DNA of 64,000 bases, from contig NC_090362.1 in the NCBI RefSeq assembly GCF_035084215.1, forward strand, positions 12,214,001-12,278,000. Reading direction: 5' to 3'. The notes under the pieces are model-generated. The model did not search any database. It was not told the DNA's origin and was given only the letters and a program-made list of their open reading frames with translations. Positions 1 through 11,780 of this stretch are shown here, one piece after another. The translations under genes were made by a program, and so were the position numbers. How positions within the stretch are numbered: the stretch's first letter is position 1; each line of letters opens with the position of its first letter. The stretch is from Heptranchias perlo. Lineage: Eukaryota.

Positions 1-200
1 AGCCACCATGTCCTCATTTAATGACCACCCGCCCACTTTTCAGGAGGAGTTACCAGATAGTGATCGGGCTCATTCCCACCACCAGCCCCCCATCCATCCA
101 CCACCACCACCCCACACCCACACCCTCACCACCCCTCCCCCACCCCCGCCTTCCCAGCTGAGATTAATTAAATCAATACAGGCCATGGATGAAACAGAGC
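1..200 (-). mobile_element. Fragment of an unassigned SINE family ('family B')
   Basis: Reverse complement resembles the GATCTCAGCTGG...GATCACTATC..CCTCCTGAAAGT block seen at 25360-25480 and 31270-31400. Confidence 0.5.
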
Positions 201-609
201 ACTTCATGACCTGTATGACTGAGTACTACACTCTATCCACAAGCAATCGCTGAGAAGGGAGAATGTCTTGGAGAGTGGGGAATGGGCAGCCATATGGAAG
301 CCATCCACAGTCATTGAGGAGTTGTCATTCAGGGAGGGGAGTCCACAGTCTGCTGCCAAGTGCCAGGAAGATCCATCAAATGTCACTAAATCCTGCCTGC
401 AGGTACCTCAAACATAGAGGATGGTCTGTGCTGCCACAAGGGAGAAGCGCAGCAACATTTCGACACTGCCCTAACATCCAAGAACCTTGCGGAGAACATG
501 ACTCGTGTGTGATCTAGAAACAGTCTGTCATGATCAGGCATATTGTGGACATTGGGCAGAGTAAAGAAGTCTCTAGTCAGTCTGCTCACAACACTGGTAA
601 GAACCCAGT

Positions 610-1430
610 AACTCCTCCCCGAGCAATTCCCTCTACTCGGCCCTAATACTGCACTTCAGTCCCAACCTCAGAGAAACACCTCCGACTGCACCAGCGTGGG
701 TTGTTTTCTTATTTCACCAACCAACCTTGATAGTACCTCTGTGAGTGACATTGCCAATTAGTGCTCAGATGGTGCTAGCCGTGGCTAAGGTGGTAGCCCT
801 TTTGCCCCAAGTCAAACTGTTGTGGGTTTAAGTCCCGCCTCAGAGACTTGAACACATAATCCAGGCTAACACTTCAGTGCAGTACTGAGGGAGTGCTGCA
901 ATGTCATAGGTGCCGTCTTTCGGATGAGACGTTAAACCAAGGCTCCGTCTGCCCTCTCAGCTGGACGTTAAAGTACCCATGGCATTATTTCGAAGAAGAG
1001 CAGGGGAGTTCTCCCCGGTCCTGGCCAATATTTGTCCCTCAACTAACATCACTCAAACAGATCATCTGGTTATTATCACATTGCTGTTTGTGGGAGCTTG
1101 CTGTGCGCAAATTGGCTGCCGCATTTCCTACATTGCAACTGTGATTACACTTCAAAAGTACTTCATTGGTTGTAAAGAGCTTTGGGATCTGAGGTCATGA
1201 AAGGCGTTATATAAATGCAAGTCTTTCTTTTTTCTTTTGTAGTTAGTGGCAATTTTGTGCTGTGGGCCTATGTACATTAAGACCCTGGGTTGGCACTGCC
1301 CAACTCATTTCACGTCGGACCATTCCAGCCCAGAAGCAGAGACGTTCCTCCCATCATTCTGGGTTAGATTTTAACCCAGGTCTCAGAGGTGAAAGGTCAG
1401 TGTCGAATCTCTGCACCACCCAATCCTATG
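610..1430 (-). mobile_element. LF-SINE-like element split by a Deu-SINE insertion (pieces ~610-775 and ~1240-1430)
   Basis: Reverse complement of 1300-1400 gives CCTTTCACCTCTGAGACCTGGGTTAAAATC...CGTGAAATGAGTTGGG (LF-SINE-like head); body resumes at ~765 with GCACTAATTGGCAATG. Confidence 0.6.
777..1232 (+). mobile_element. Deu-domain SINE (SacSINE1/AmnSINE1-like), near full length
   Basis: tRNA-like head, GAGACGTTAAACC..CCCATGGCA..TCCTGGCCAATATTT..AAATTGGCTGCCGC core, L2-like tail TATATAAATGCAAGT. Confidence 0.85.
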
Positions 1431-1584
1431 CTTACCCATTTTTAATGTGCGCATTCAGAATACTGTACTGTGATGCAAAGAGCATCCATCAACATAAAAC
1501 AAAGCTCCAAATGGCCAGAAACTGAGCCATATTATCACAGGTAGTTCTCAAGGAAAGGAATGGGATAAAGAAATGAGCTTAAAG

Positions 1585-1650
1585 TTTTTTTTTATTCGTT
1601 CATGGGATGTGGGCGTCGCTGGCGAGGCCGGCATTTATTGCCCATCCCTA
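1585..1650 (-). mobile_element. 3' tip of a CR1-group LINE (second lineage)
   Basis: Near-identical to 59470-59530. Confidence 0.7.
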
Positions 1651-2714
1651 AAGGTAACTTACTTCCACCTCAAAAAATGTAAATGAAGTCTAGACTTGCA
1701 GCTAACAATCTGGGGTATTAACCTCTGATTTATTGAATGGCTTTCAGTTGGTCAAGGTCACTTGTTGGAGCCTGCAAAAACTAATATTGCAAAGATCTGA
1801 CTTCAGTATACCAGGGCTTAAAAACCAGGGCCTGACAGACCTCATGAAGCAGATGCAGACAGGTACAGAAATGGGACGGGAACTCAGGACTGATCTGACC
1901 AAGGTTCTGCACAGGCAGATGAGTTGGCACGGGCTCCTGTGCATTCTGAGATGGACAGATTGAGAGCAGCCTGGGGACAATGAGAGAAGAACAGCAGATG
2001 GAAGGCAACAGGGAGCCAGATGGTGAATTGTAACATTGATGGACCCACAGCGGCAGAAATCTAGGCCCAAATACATCTACAAGTTTGGTACTGGTTGAGT
2101 TTAATTCCGCACCCAGAAACACGGGGATACCTTGTCGTTCTCTCAGCATTGTCAAATGCTTGTCAACAAATAACTCATATCTTCATTCATGAGCCAATCC
2201 TTCTGGGATCCTAAAAATGGTCAAGGTGTTCGATATATACCTTATTGCAATTCTGAGCTCGAATCAGGTACCTAACCCTCTTTGCACTGTGAATTGCATT
2301 GATGATACAGGTTGCAGTAAAAGAGAAAGATTTGTTTTGCAAAGGGCATACTTAACAATCAAAGCATGGGGTGTCATGCCAGGTACAGTCACATATCACA
2401 ACCTCAGTGATTGGGAGAGACAGGTTTGAGATTTGATTTCCAACAGTGAAATGAAGCCTTGTATAACGCACTACATACTTAAATAGTTTATTGTAGTAAA
2501 CCTTGATAGCGCCAATCAAGACTAGTTTTTTCCATCATGGGGGATGTAGATGTGCCAAGAGAGAGAATGTAGCTCAGTCGCAATTAATCATTTAGGACAT
2601 ACCCAATACAAAGAAAGATGAATTTTGCCAGTGTTCGAACACTGAATTTAATGACGTTTTTCCCCTTCCTGCTCAAGAACCGAAAACAGAAAATCAGAAG
2701 TGAATCTAACACCA

Positions 2715-3290
2715 TGGGGCCTATTTAACTATTTAGCACAAACAAACTTTTTCAAAAAATATAGGGGTTGCAAATCCTTGGGCCTGTTCGCTGAACCCCA
2801 CTGTATTGCTGACCTCTGCTCCTGATCCCGCAGGAATATCCAGGGTCAGGGTGGGGTTTGGCAATTTTAATATTGCCAGCAGGTGTCATCGCCTATATGG
2901 GCACCCACTGTAGGTGGGGTTGGGAAGGGGGAGGTAAATGTGGTGCTAGCAAGCCGCTCGGGAGGATGAGCTGGTTGCCCCGGCTTAAAAGAGTTGGCGA
3001 TCAGCCCCCTTCATTGTAAGGGCTGATTTGCCTGATCCTGCTGTCGGTCTTCTGGGATTGTCCAGGCCAAGCCCTGTGCGTGGACACCCCGGAAGGCCCC
3101 ATGTTCACCCTTCCGTGGACCTGGAAGCAGGTATCTTTCCGGCGTCCTGATCACAGCGCTCAGGACGTGGGAACCACGGGAATTCTGGTGGGAGAAGCTA
3201 TCCCGCCAGTCCCGCCTCCTCCCCACACATTGGGCCTTCTGCGCGGAGGACAGAACTTCCACTTGCCCCAAACCTCAGCGGGAGAGAACC
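2715..3290. mobile_element. Degenerate GC-rich DNA-transposon (Harbinger-like) relic
   Basis: Composition and motifs similar to 10440-10835 and 41240-42080; no clear TIR pair. Confidence 0.3.
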
Positions 3291-3299
3291 TTAGACGTA

Positions 3300-3605
3300 G
3301 AGATGTTTCCACTTGTGGGGGAGTCCAAAACTAGGAGCCATAAATATAAGATAGTCACTAATAAATCCAATAGGGAATTCAGGAGAAACCTCTTTACCCA
3401 GAGAGTGGTGAGAATGTGGAACTCGCTACCACAAGGAGTAGTTGAGGCAAATAGCATAGATGCATTTAAGGGGAATCTAGATTAAACACACAAGGGAGAA
3501 AGGAATAGAAGGATATGCTGATAGGGTGAGATAAAGAGGGGTGGGAGGAGGCTCGTGTGAAGCATAAACCAAATGATCTGTTTCTGTGCTGTGCATTCTA
3601 TGTAA
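3300..3605 (+). mobile_element. CR1 LINE 3' end
   Basis: MFPLVGESKTRSHKYK...FTQRVVRMWNSLP, typical CR1 ORF2 C-terminus; ATTCTATGT tail. Confidence 0.9.
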
Positions 3606-3869
3606 ATTCCTTTGGCTGCTCTACTGAGCAGAGATACTGTATTCTAGGTCTTGCCTCATTCTACACCAATCTACTGCCAGCCATTTCACACATGGAGTAT
3701 GCCCCAGTCCCGAAGGAAATTATAAGCCATTTTAAAAATTATTTTATTAAAGCCCAGCATGGGCTTTCAACCCCAAAGATGAAACAGCTGATATATCTGT
3801 GTATTGGGCTGAGTCAACGCAACAATCACACCCACCAGATCTGCACTCAGTGAGCCAACAAACAGTAAT

Positions 3870-4115
3870 TACTTCCAGTTTACTCCCCATCTCTCTGGGA
3901 GACACTGCCTTTTGATGGTGGTGCAATTCCATGGGCACTGGCGGACCTGCACAGCGTTGTCCAAGTGGCCATTCCTCATGTGTGAGTGTAGACAGTGAGT
4001 GCCAGCAGGCTAATCAACTACAGAGGGCATCATGGCTGAGCACAGTCGTGTCTCTACCCAATGTCTGCGCACACTTTCCAGTAGGGTCAATGGATAGCAA
4101 TCAGGAACAGGACAA
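3870..4115 (-). mobile_element. SINE family B fragment
   Basis: Reverse complement CCTGATTGCTATCCATTGACCCTACTGGAAAGTGTGCG matches other family B copies. Confidence 0.65.
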
Positions 4116-4149
4116 CTTTGTGCTCCACCTTGACAATGTCTACTCCTTC

Positions 4150-4585
4150 TAAAAAGGGTTAAATTATGAGGACAGGTTGCATAGTCTGGGTTTGTATTCC
4201 CTTGAGTACTGAAAATTAAGGGGTGATCTAATTGAGGAGTTTAAGATAATTAAAGGATTTGATGGGGTAGATAGAGAGAAACTATTTCCTCTGGTGGGAG
4301 AGTCCAAAACAAGGGGGCATAATCTTAAAATTAGAGCTTGGCCGTTCAGGGGTGATGTCAGGAAGCACTTCGTCACACAATGGGGAGTGGAAATCTGGAA
4401 CTCTCTCCCCTAAAAAGCTGTTGAGGCTGGGGGTCAATTGAAAATTTCAAAACTGAGATTGATAGATCTTTGTTAGGCAAGTGTATTAAGAGTTACGGAA
4501 CCAAAGATACAGATCAGCCATGACCTAATTGAATGGTGGAACAGGCTCAAGGGACTGAATGGCCTGCTCTTGTTCCAATGTTCTG
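4150..4585 (+). mobile_element. CR1 LINE 3' end
   Basis: LRGDLIE..KIIKGFDGVDREKLFPLVGESKTRGHNLKI; CR1 3' UTR. Confidence 0.9.
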
Positions 4586-4669
4586 CACCATATGTAAGCT
4601 GACAGTGTAAGGGACAGGCACATTCATCCCACCAGGTTCAGCAACACCATCATTAGCACGCATGACCTA

Positions 4670-4940
4670 TCGAGAGCTGATCTCCTGGGCTGGTTTCGAT
4701 CACACAAGGGGGTCGGAGAGGAATCTTCCAAACTATTTTTTTCCCTTATTGGCCCAGGGTTTTCTTTCTATTTTTTTGCCTCCCCCAGGATATTTTGTGG
4801 CTGCAGGGGGAGGGAGGGGTGGGGGGGTGGGGGTGGGTGGGGGGAGTGCCTAGTCACGATGCTCCAGTCATCATGAGGTATGGGACAGGCTTGATGGACC
4901 AGCTGGTTCTTTCCTGCCGTCAATTTCGTATGTTTGTATG
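4670..4940 (+). mobile_element. CR1-type 3' UTR fragment
   Basis: GGGACAGGCTTGATGGACCAG...TTCGTATGTTTGTATG tail, similar to 50150-50200. Confidence 0.55.
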
Positions 4941-5380
4941 AACTGAATGCGGGAGGGGATTCCAAGCTCCACCTAATCTGTTGGAGGGTTCCTCACCTTG
5001 GTTGGTCAGCAATATAAGAAAGACAAATTTTTACTGGACCCAAGAGTCAAACCCTTTTAAACATGATTATGTTGGTTACGGATCCATTATTTCTCCAGAT
5101 TTAAGAAAGCTTGCTGTTAGTAATTTAGATTTGAATGAACTTTAAAGCACTGGGCCAATGTGACCCAAGTAACCTTTAGGATCCTTATTCAAAACTAATT
5201 CCGCAAAGAGAAGCAACAATAGCCAAATTGACTTCTGGTGAAGCAGAGATAGCAAGGCCTGCAATATCAGTGCTGCATCAGCTAGAGCAGCAATCACTGC
5301 AGGCACGGAGAGTCACTAATAGACTTGTCTCATTTCATAAAGCACTTCATGGAAATGTCACAGTCCCCATTCCCAATTAC

Positions 5381-5503
5381 CTTGTAAAACCTTCAAGTCA
5401 CTAGAGAACATGAATTCAAAATTTATTCATCTTTATGCTTGAGTAAGCAGATTTCAAGATATATATCTCTTCAATGACAGCCAGAAAAGAAGCCCTTGAT
5501 TCA
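5381..5503 (-). other. Candidate spliced exon (123 nt) of unidentified host gene; stop-containing or UTR
   Basis: Acceptor ctattttattgttgtttactttAG and donor AAG/GTAATT; all three frames hit a stop. Confidence 0.35.
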
Positions 5504-7028
5504 CTAAAGTAAACAACAATAAAATAGAATACGACTGGAATATTGTGAAAGCAGTATCCCAGGGGATGAGTAGGGTGAGGAATGTCCGAGGCCCCCCTCT
5601 CCCTAACCTTCCAAAACCAATGAAGAGAAATCCTGGATATTGGGTACATGAGCAATTTAATTTAACCCCTCACACTGGTCATCGCCCCAAATTTCCTAAC
5701 AGTATCACGTGGTTAGGAGTATTATATCAAGCCTCGCACACGGATGTGTCTGAACCTGTGTGCATATACACACACACAAACACACACGTACATACACACA
5801 CACCACTGCTGAAATGATCTGATGTCCTTGAATGTTCATGATAACTATGCACTTCTCCAGTACATTCCTCAAGAACATCGATCAAAATCTATCAGCTAAT
5901 TCCTGCGTGCTCTCAAATGGCTTGGAATGTTAAATTGTGCCACTTGACCTCATGAATGTCAATGAATATTAATAGATGGTCATGAAAACCTTTGTTCCTC
6001 CCTCCCTCTCACCAACAAGACCTCATTCTCCCTTACACCCAACCACCAAAGTATTACTAAACATTGGCTGAACGCACACAGACAATTTGTGAGATTCGTG
6101 CCCTGTTTTCGAATAAATGTCCATCAAATTTCATCAGGTAGTAAGTATGAATCCCTGGCTATTTGTTGATGCACTCTGAAAGCAGCACAACATTGACACT
6201 GTATTATGAATATTCATTGCAACACACAGCCAATATAGTATTTATTCTTCAAAATTCCTTCCTCTGGTCACGGACAAGTTAAGAATTTTTAGAAAAAACA
6301 TAAGGCAAGGGCTATCCGATGGCTCAGTGAGTTTATCCAGTGAGTAGCTAACACATATAGACAAGGAAATTCCCAGGTTGAATTCCAACCTGTGCTAAGT
6401 TATTTGATCTCAGTTATAAATCACAGAACAATACCTGGTGATTACAGATAATCTTTCTAACTGCCCGTTGCCAAGGCAATCAAAGTGTTCAGACAGCGAG
6501 GTGTTACCTACAGGACCACCGAATATACAAACAACAAAAAAAAACAGAGAGAGAGAGAGGCAGAAACATAGAAACATCCGGAAGGAAGAGAAAGACAGCA
6601 AATGACCCGTTATATTAAAAACAGATAACTTTTGTTCGCTGGTGGGGTTACGTGTAGCGTGACATGAACCCAAGATCGCCAGACAGGAGGGTTCCCTCCC
6701 AGTCGGGGAACACTTCAGCAGTCAAGGACATTCAGCCACCGACCTTCAGGTAAGCGTACTCCAAGGCGGCCTTCAAGACACACGACAATGCAAAATCGTC
6801 GAGCAGAAATTGATAGCCAAGTTCCGCACCCATGAGGATGGCCTCAACCGGGATCTTGGGTTCATGTCACGCTACACGTTACCCCACCAGCGAATGAAAG
6901 TTATCTGTTTTTAATATAACGGGTCATTTGCTGTCTTTCTCTTCCTTCCGGGTGTTTCTATGTTTCTGCCTCTCTCTCTCTGTTTTTTTTTGTTGTTTGT
7001 ATATTCGGTGGTCCTGTAGGTAACACCT

Positions 7029-7700
7029 TGAGAATCCCTACGTGGTCAGTTTTCAGTAAAATATTAAGATGCCTACGTGGCAAAGAAGCAGAATGCAAAA
7101 TGGTTAGAAAGGGTTAATTAGTCAGTAACTGAGATTGGTACAGGTGGCCTGGCCTCCTGCTGGGCCATATGTTTGCGTAGTCAGCAGGTTTGCATGGTCT
7201 TATCAATGTAGAGTCTTTGATGTGATTCAAGGACTGGTCTGAATGTCTCCATGTTTATGGCAGATCAATATAGGTAACGAGCTTAGCCAAAGTTGAAAGA
7301 CATTCCAGGTTGAGAGATAAGGAACAGAAGGAACAGGGAAGAACATTCCAAGTTGGAAGGTGAGGAAGTATCCCCTTTGATGTCTAACAGCAACATGGTC
7401 AGCACATGATTATCTATGATTGGCCGGAAATAATGTAACCTCGCATGGCAACCTGTGCCCGGCTTATGATTGGTGTTGACTCTTGTGTTAATGATGTTCC
7501 AACCCCTATCGATCTGTATAAAGGTATGAGTTTTTGTCTTTGTCTTTCTCTCCTTATTCTGTTAGAATCGTTCGGATTCTCTCAGGAATCTGAATTGAAG
7601 CTACAGACTAAGACCTGCTATTAAAGTTGTGATGAACTTTAAAATGTACTCGACTCAGTTTTTACTGAACCAGACTGAGGGGAAAGAATCCGGATCGTCA
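7029..7700 (+). mobile_element. Solo LTR (ERV/Gypsy type), 672 bp
   Basis: TG...CA ends, 4-bp TSD ACCT (7025-7028, 7701-7704), ATTGG boxes at ~7420 and ~7469, TATAAA 7517, ATTAAA 7620; the empty site is preserved in the inverted arm at ~6497-6507. Confidence 0.9.
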
Positions 7701-7817
7701 ACCTCGCTGTCTGAACACTTCGATTGCCTTGGCAACGGGCAGTTAGAAAGATTATCTGTAATCACCAGGTATTGTTCTGTGATTTATAAATGCGAAAGGT
7801 TCGAGGATTTCTCGACA

Positions 7818-7856
7818 TTCACCTGAGGAAGGAGGAAGCCTCCGAAAGCTTGTGAT
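7818..7856 (+). ncRNA. Minimal type I hammerhead ribozyme in Penelope terminal repeat
   Basis: TCAC-CTGAGGA-A-GGAGG(AAG)CCTCC-GAAA-GCTT-GTGA: catalytic boxes, 5-bp stem II, palindromic stem III, stem I TCAC/GTGA. Confidence 0.8.
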
Positions 7857-8334
7857 TTTCAAATAAAATCGTTGGACTATAACCTGGTGTTGTAAAATTG
7901 TTTACAATTGTCAACCCCAGTCCATCACCGGCATCTCCACATCACGATCTCAGTTAGGGCAGCGAAAGGGCATCACGATTGCCCTGAACCCTCTGGAGTT
8001 AGGGAGGTAGTCACACCACCAGAGGTCCTGTTCTTGATCGCTATACAGAGACATCTGCTGAGAATGTTAGCATGTGGCTGTGGGGCGAGAACAGGATTAG
8101 GCTTGGCAGTGACGATCTTCTTGGTACAATAGCCTGTGGACCCTCATTGTCATGGCTTACACAGGGTGAGATACTGGGGGACCACTGACAGAACTGTACC
8201 CAATGAGAATCAGGAGAGGAGGGGAGAAAATCAGTGAGAAAGGAAAAAGTTAATTCATTAGACCCAATAAGCATGTATGCTTTCCATTGTTTACTCTACT
8301 TCTTACCATATCCTTCAACCCCCACCCTCTCCAA

Positions 8335-8585
8335 ATACACATTTAATTATCTCTTGACCCGATTTATATTGTCCACTCTCCTTCCCTGATAACCTATTTC
8401 ATAACTCAATTACCCTTTCGATTCTCCACCCTGGACTTCTTTCTCACTCCTTACTTCCTCATTTTTAATTTCTGTCGTCTGGGATTTGAACCCTTCACCA
8501 CAAGGAACAATTTGCCTGGATTAATTTTCTCTGCCCTGTTTAAAATCTTCAAACGTTCAATTAGGTCGCCTTGAAATCTCTTTTC
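8335..8585 (-). mobile_element. Old CR1 3' fragment
   Basis: Reverse translation RFQGDLIERLKILNRAEKINPGKLF. Confidence 0.6.
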
Positions 8586-8712
8586 CACCCTCCCCTACCT
8601 TCAAAACACTGGGTCTGTACATTGGTATGGAAAAATCTTTATAACTAAAAAGCAGATTTATAAAAATAAGATCTGAGGATTCCAAAGGAAAAAGGAAACA
8701 TGAAAGGCTAAC

Positions 8713-8787
8713 CTTTGCAGAACGTGGACTTCAGAAGCTTGGTTTGCTGCCGTACATTAACCTCTGGTATCGGGGACACGCGACGGG
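8713..8787 (-). CDS. Candidate internal exon (75 nt) of unidentified host gene
   Basis: Acceptor ttttcttctgtctctgtgtttAG, donor AAG/GTTAGC; phase 1-1 frame RRVSPIPEVNVRQQTKLLKSTFCK is open (phase 2 gives PSRVPDTRG*). Confidence 0.5.
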
Positions 8788-9004
8788 CTAAACACAGAGA
8801 CAGAAGAAAAGTCAAGCATTCAACGTGGGCTGTGTTTCAATGGTAACCCAGGATTGATATCATTATAACTGCACGTTAATAACGCAGTGTTAAATCACAA
8901 ACCCCTCCCCTTGCCCTTTATAGTTACCTCCACCATTTGGGTTTCTCCTCCGATGCCTGATTTTGTTCCTGCAACAATGAATCTAAGCTGACTCAATGAG
9001 TAAA

Positions 9005-9440
9005 AAAGAAAGAAAGAACTGCGTTTATACAGCGCCTTTCACAACCTCACAGCCAATGAAGTACTTTTGAAGTGTAGTCACCGTTGTAATGTAAGAAACG
9101 TGGCAGTCAATTTGCACACAGCAAGATCCCACAAACAGCAGTGTGATAATGATCAGATAATCTGGGTTTTTCCAGGGATAAATATTGGCCAGGGCATCAG
9201 GAGAACTCGCCTGCTCTTCTTCAAAATCGTGCCAGGAGATTTTTTACATCCATTCAAGAGGACAGACGGGTCCTCAGTTTAATGTCTCATCCAAAAGTCA
9301 GCACCTCTGACAGTGCTGCACTCCCTCAGTACTTCATTGGGAGTGTCAGCCTGGATTATGATGCTTGTAGTGGGACTTGAACCACACAAACTTTCTGATT
9401 CAGAGGCGAGAGTGCTACCCACTGAGCCACAGCTGACACC
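9005..9440 (-). mobile_element. Deu-domain SINE
   Basis: Reverse complement of the 777-1232 family. Confidence 0.85.
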
Positions 9441-9479
9441 TAAAGGGAGTAAATGTGCTGGCAGATGTGGTATTGTGGC

Positions 9480-9810
9480 ATAAAAGCCCGAAGGCCCCAG
9501 GGTCAATCCCTGGTCTGATCTGAAATAGCTGATCGCAGCCAGGGTGTTAGAAGCACTCCGATTAACTTCAATGCCCCTGAGTTAAGGAGGGTGAACATGA
9601 GCCAGGGATCATTATCCAATGGGTGCTGCTGGACGGTGTGTGGACTTTGGGTGGGGGCAGGGTTGGGTTTAACAATGATCCCTTTCATGGTCAAACAGCT
9701 TGCTGATATTCACTGTCCAGGCTGACCCATGAAGGACGGCCTCTTGGGCTGGTATCTGTGGAAGAAGACCCCAGCCAGGAGACAGTGCCTTCAGGAGAGG
9801 AGGGGAGAAA
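9480..9810 (+). mobile_element. SINE family B copy
   Basis: GAAGGCCCCAGGGTCAATCCCTGGTCTG...CAGTGCCTTCAGGAGAGGAGGGGAG. Confidence 0.7.
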
Positions 9811-10291
9811 AGGCTCGGAAATTGGCAAAAATAATTACCCTGCATCTGCTCTACCTCTCAGCCCTTAGTTCTACAAGCTGCATTTCTTAGCTGACCTTTT
9901 CTACATTTCCCCACAATCACACGTTGCTGTAGATATATAAATACATCCAATGCATTAGCAATATTAATGTACAATTGCTTGCTGCGAGATCCACCGCTTA
10001 AATTACTTGCATTTCTCTCAAATTATGTATGTTTGGACACATTTCCTTCCATTTAGTATACAATGTGCAAGTAATATATCCATATATTCATTACCTGATA
10101 ATTACTGTGATCAGAAAAACTTGAATCATAATAAGGTGCTTCGCAAACAGATATTGGTTATGAATTCCAACTGTAATTACTAATGTAGTAATGTATAATT
10201 ACAGTGTTATACTGAAACTGGAGATGCAGGTTAACCGTTCTAAGGAACTTTCTGAACTTTTCTCTCTTGTTCATCCCGAGCCCCAAATCCC

Positions 10292-10410
10292 CCCAATCCT
10301 ACACACTCTTCCTCCTCCCTCCATCCTCCACCCTCTTCCTCCTCCCTCCATCCTCCACACTCTTCCTCCTCCCTCCATCCTCCACACTCTTCCTCCTCCC
10401 TCCATCCTCA
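10292..10410. repeat. 27-bp tandem repeat (~4 copies)
   Basis: CCATCCTCCACACTCTTCCTCCTCCCT repeated; a single copy also at ~11692. Confidence 0.9.
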
Positions 10411-10439
10411 TCATTGCTTCATCTCCTCCTCCAATGCAT

Positions 10440-10835
10440 TGGCCCAGGAATTCGGACATGCCCATTCGTGGGGGCGGCCTCCTTATAATGGATCCCGCCA
10501 ACGTAGACCTGGGAGCAGCCTCCATATTCAGGTAAGTTACTTACCCTCTTTGTTGCAGGCGACCCCTAGGGCTGGTGTCCCTGAGTGTAGCTGCTTTGGC
10601 ACTGGATGACTCTGGGAAAACCAATCTTGGAGCGAGGGCCTCAAACAGGCATTCGGCCCCTTATTTGCATATGCAAAGGGTCTAACGTCTGTTTCAGGCG
10701 TGGGTAAAGGACGCCTCTTGTTTGCCCTTCCCCAATATGGCGAGAGTCATACTTCCAGTCAGAAATGTGCATGCGCTGCCTGCCCGCCACATTGGGGCCT
10801 TAGTAGTCCGAGTAGCGCCCGAAAAACTAGACCAT
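10440..10835. mobile_element. Non-autonomous DNA transposon relic (Harbinger-like)
   Basis: ATTTGCATATGC..TAACGTCTGTTTCAGGCG motif, related in reverse to 41245-41305. Confidence 0.45.
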
Positions 10836-11376
10836 TCTTTCCCAGGACCTCATAACTGTGGAACCCCTCGCCTCAGTTAGTCTTCCCTTCCTCCTCCAAT
10901 CTAACGGCTTTTGAAACCTAAGCTTGGCGTCATATAAGCACTATTTCCCGATCTCCCTCAGCTCGCCTACTCTTTTCAACCTTGGTACCATCCTGTACTT
11001 GACCCTTCACCTGGGCTTCTGGAGAAAGAATTCCTGTATAAATTTAGAGTTCTGTTTTACGTTCATCTCCCTGTTCATCACTATTGAAGACTGTTTGCAA
11101 CACGAATAGAGCAGCCATTCCCCTCACTTTAACGTACAGACCATGGCTGCAGTAAACACTAATTCAAGAGATTAAAGGCCTTCATTCTCAATTTTGCAAC
11201 GGCTAATCTTTTAGTTGTTCAATTAAATGGATTAATTTCACATCTCATTATTTCCTCTGTACCACAGAGGCTAGACAGTGGAAATGTCATACCAATGTTC
11301 TTCAAAGGTGTTATGTGGTCCTCAGGAGAGTGAGGGAAGCAGCTCCTCACTGCTGCAGCTTAGAACAGCTTCAGCT

Positions 11377-11414
11377 GCTACCATAGCAACGCAGTGACAA
11401 TCAAAGATGGCGGC
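11377..11414. promoter_or_regulatory. RFX X-box next to a YY1-like motif
   Basis: GCTACCATAGCAAC (11377-11390) and AAGATGGCGGC (11404-11414) in non-repeat DNA. Confidence 0.35.
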
Positions 11415-11780
11415 ACTAATGTAATCCCAATGCAGCCTTTCCTAAAAAGAAGGCCTTAAATGAACTGTTTAAATGAAAGCTTGTACATGGTATCACATTT
11501 CTCAAGCTCTCCACAACATCACTCCACCCCCTGCATCCTCACTGTGCTGAAATCAAGATCGATCTCCTACTATAACTCATTCTTTCTCAGTACCTTAAAT
11601 CACTGAATCTCCTTGCTTCCCTTAGTCTTCTTCTTACAATGTACTGTTTTAAGCAACTTTTCTCTTGTCCTGCTCTTAAGATCCAAATCCCCCATCCTAC
11701 ACACTCTTCCTCCTCCCTGTATCCTCACCGTTTTCAAATCGAGACTCATCGTCCAGTCTCCTACTCTCAACACCATGGGA

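Larger units (their letters stand above)
6417..7945 (+). mobile_element. 5'-truncated Penelope-like element with inverted terminal-repeat copy (6417-6677)
   Basis: 6678-6880 encodes the GIY-YIG C-terminus QEGSLPVGEHFSSQGHSATDL...EQKLIAKFRTHEDGLNRDLGFMSRY; 6417-6677 is an inverted copy of the 3' part; 11-bp TSD GATCTCAGTTA (6406-6416, 7946-7956). Confidence 0.92.
6308..8230 (+). mobile_element. SINE family B copy (6308-6416 and 7946-8230) interrupted by a Penelope element
   Basis: Head GATGGCTCAGTG...CCCAGGTTGAATTCC; sequence resumes after duplicated GATCTCAGTTA; ends CAGGAGAGGAGGGGAGAAAA. Confidence 0.75.

Noticed and set aside
777-850. tRNA-like A/B boxes at SINE heads
   Set aside because: No cloverleaf; these are SINE promoter remnants, not tRNA genes
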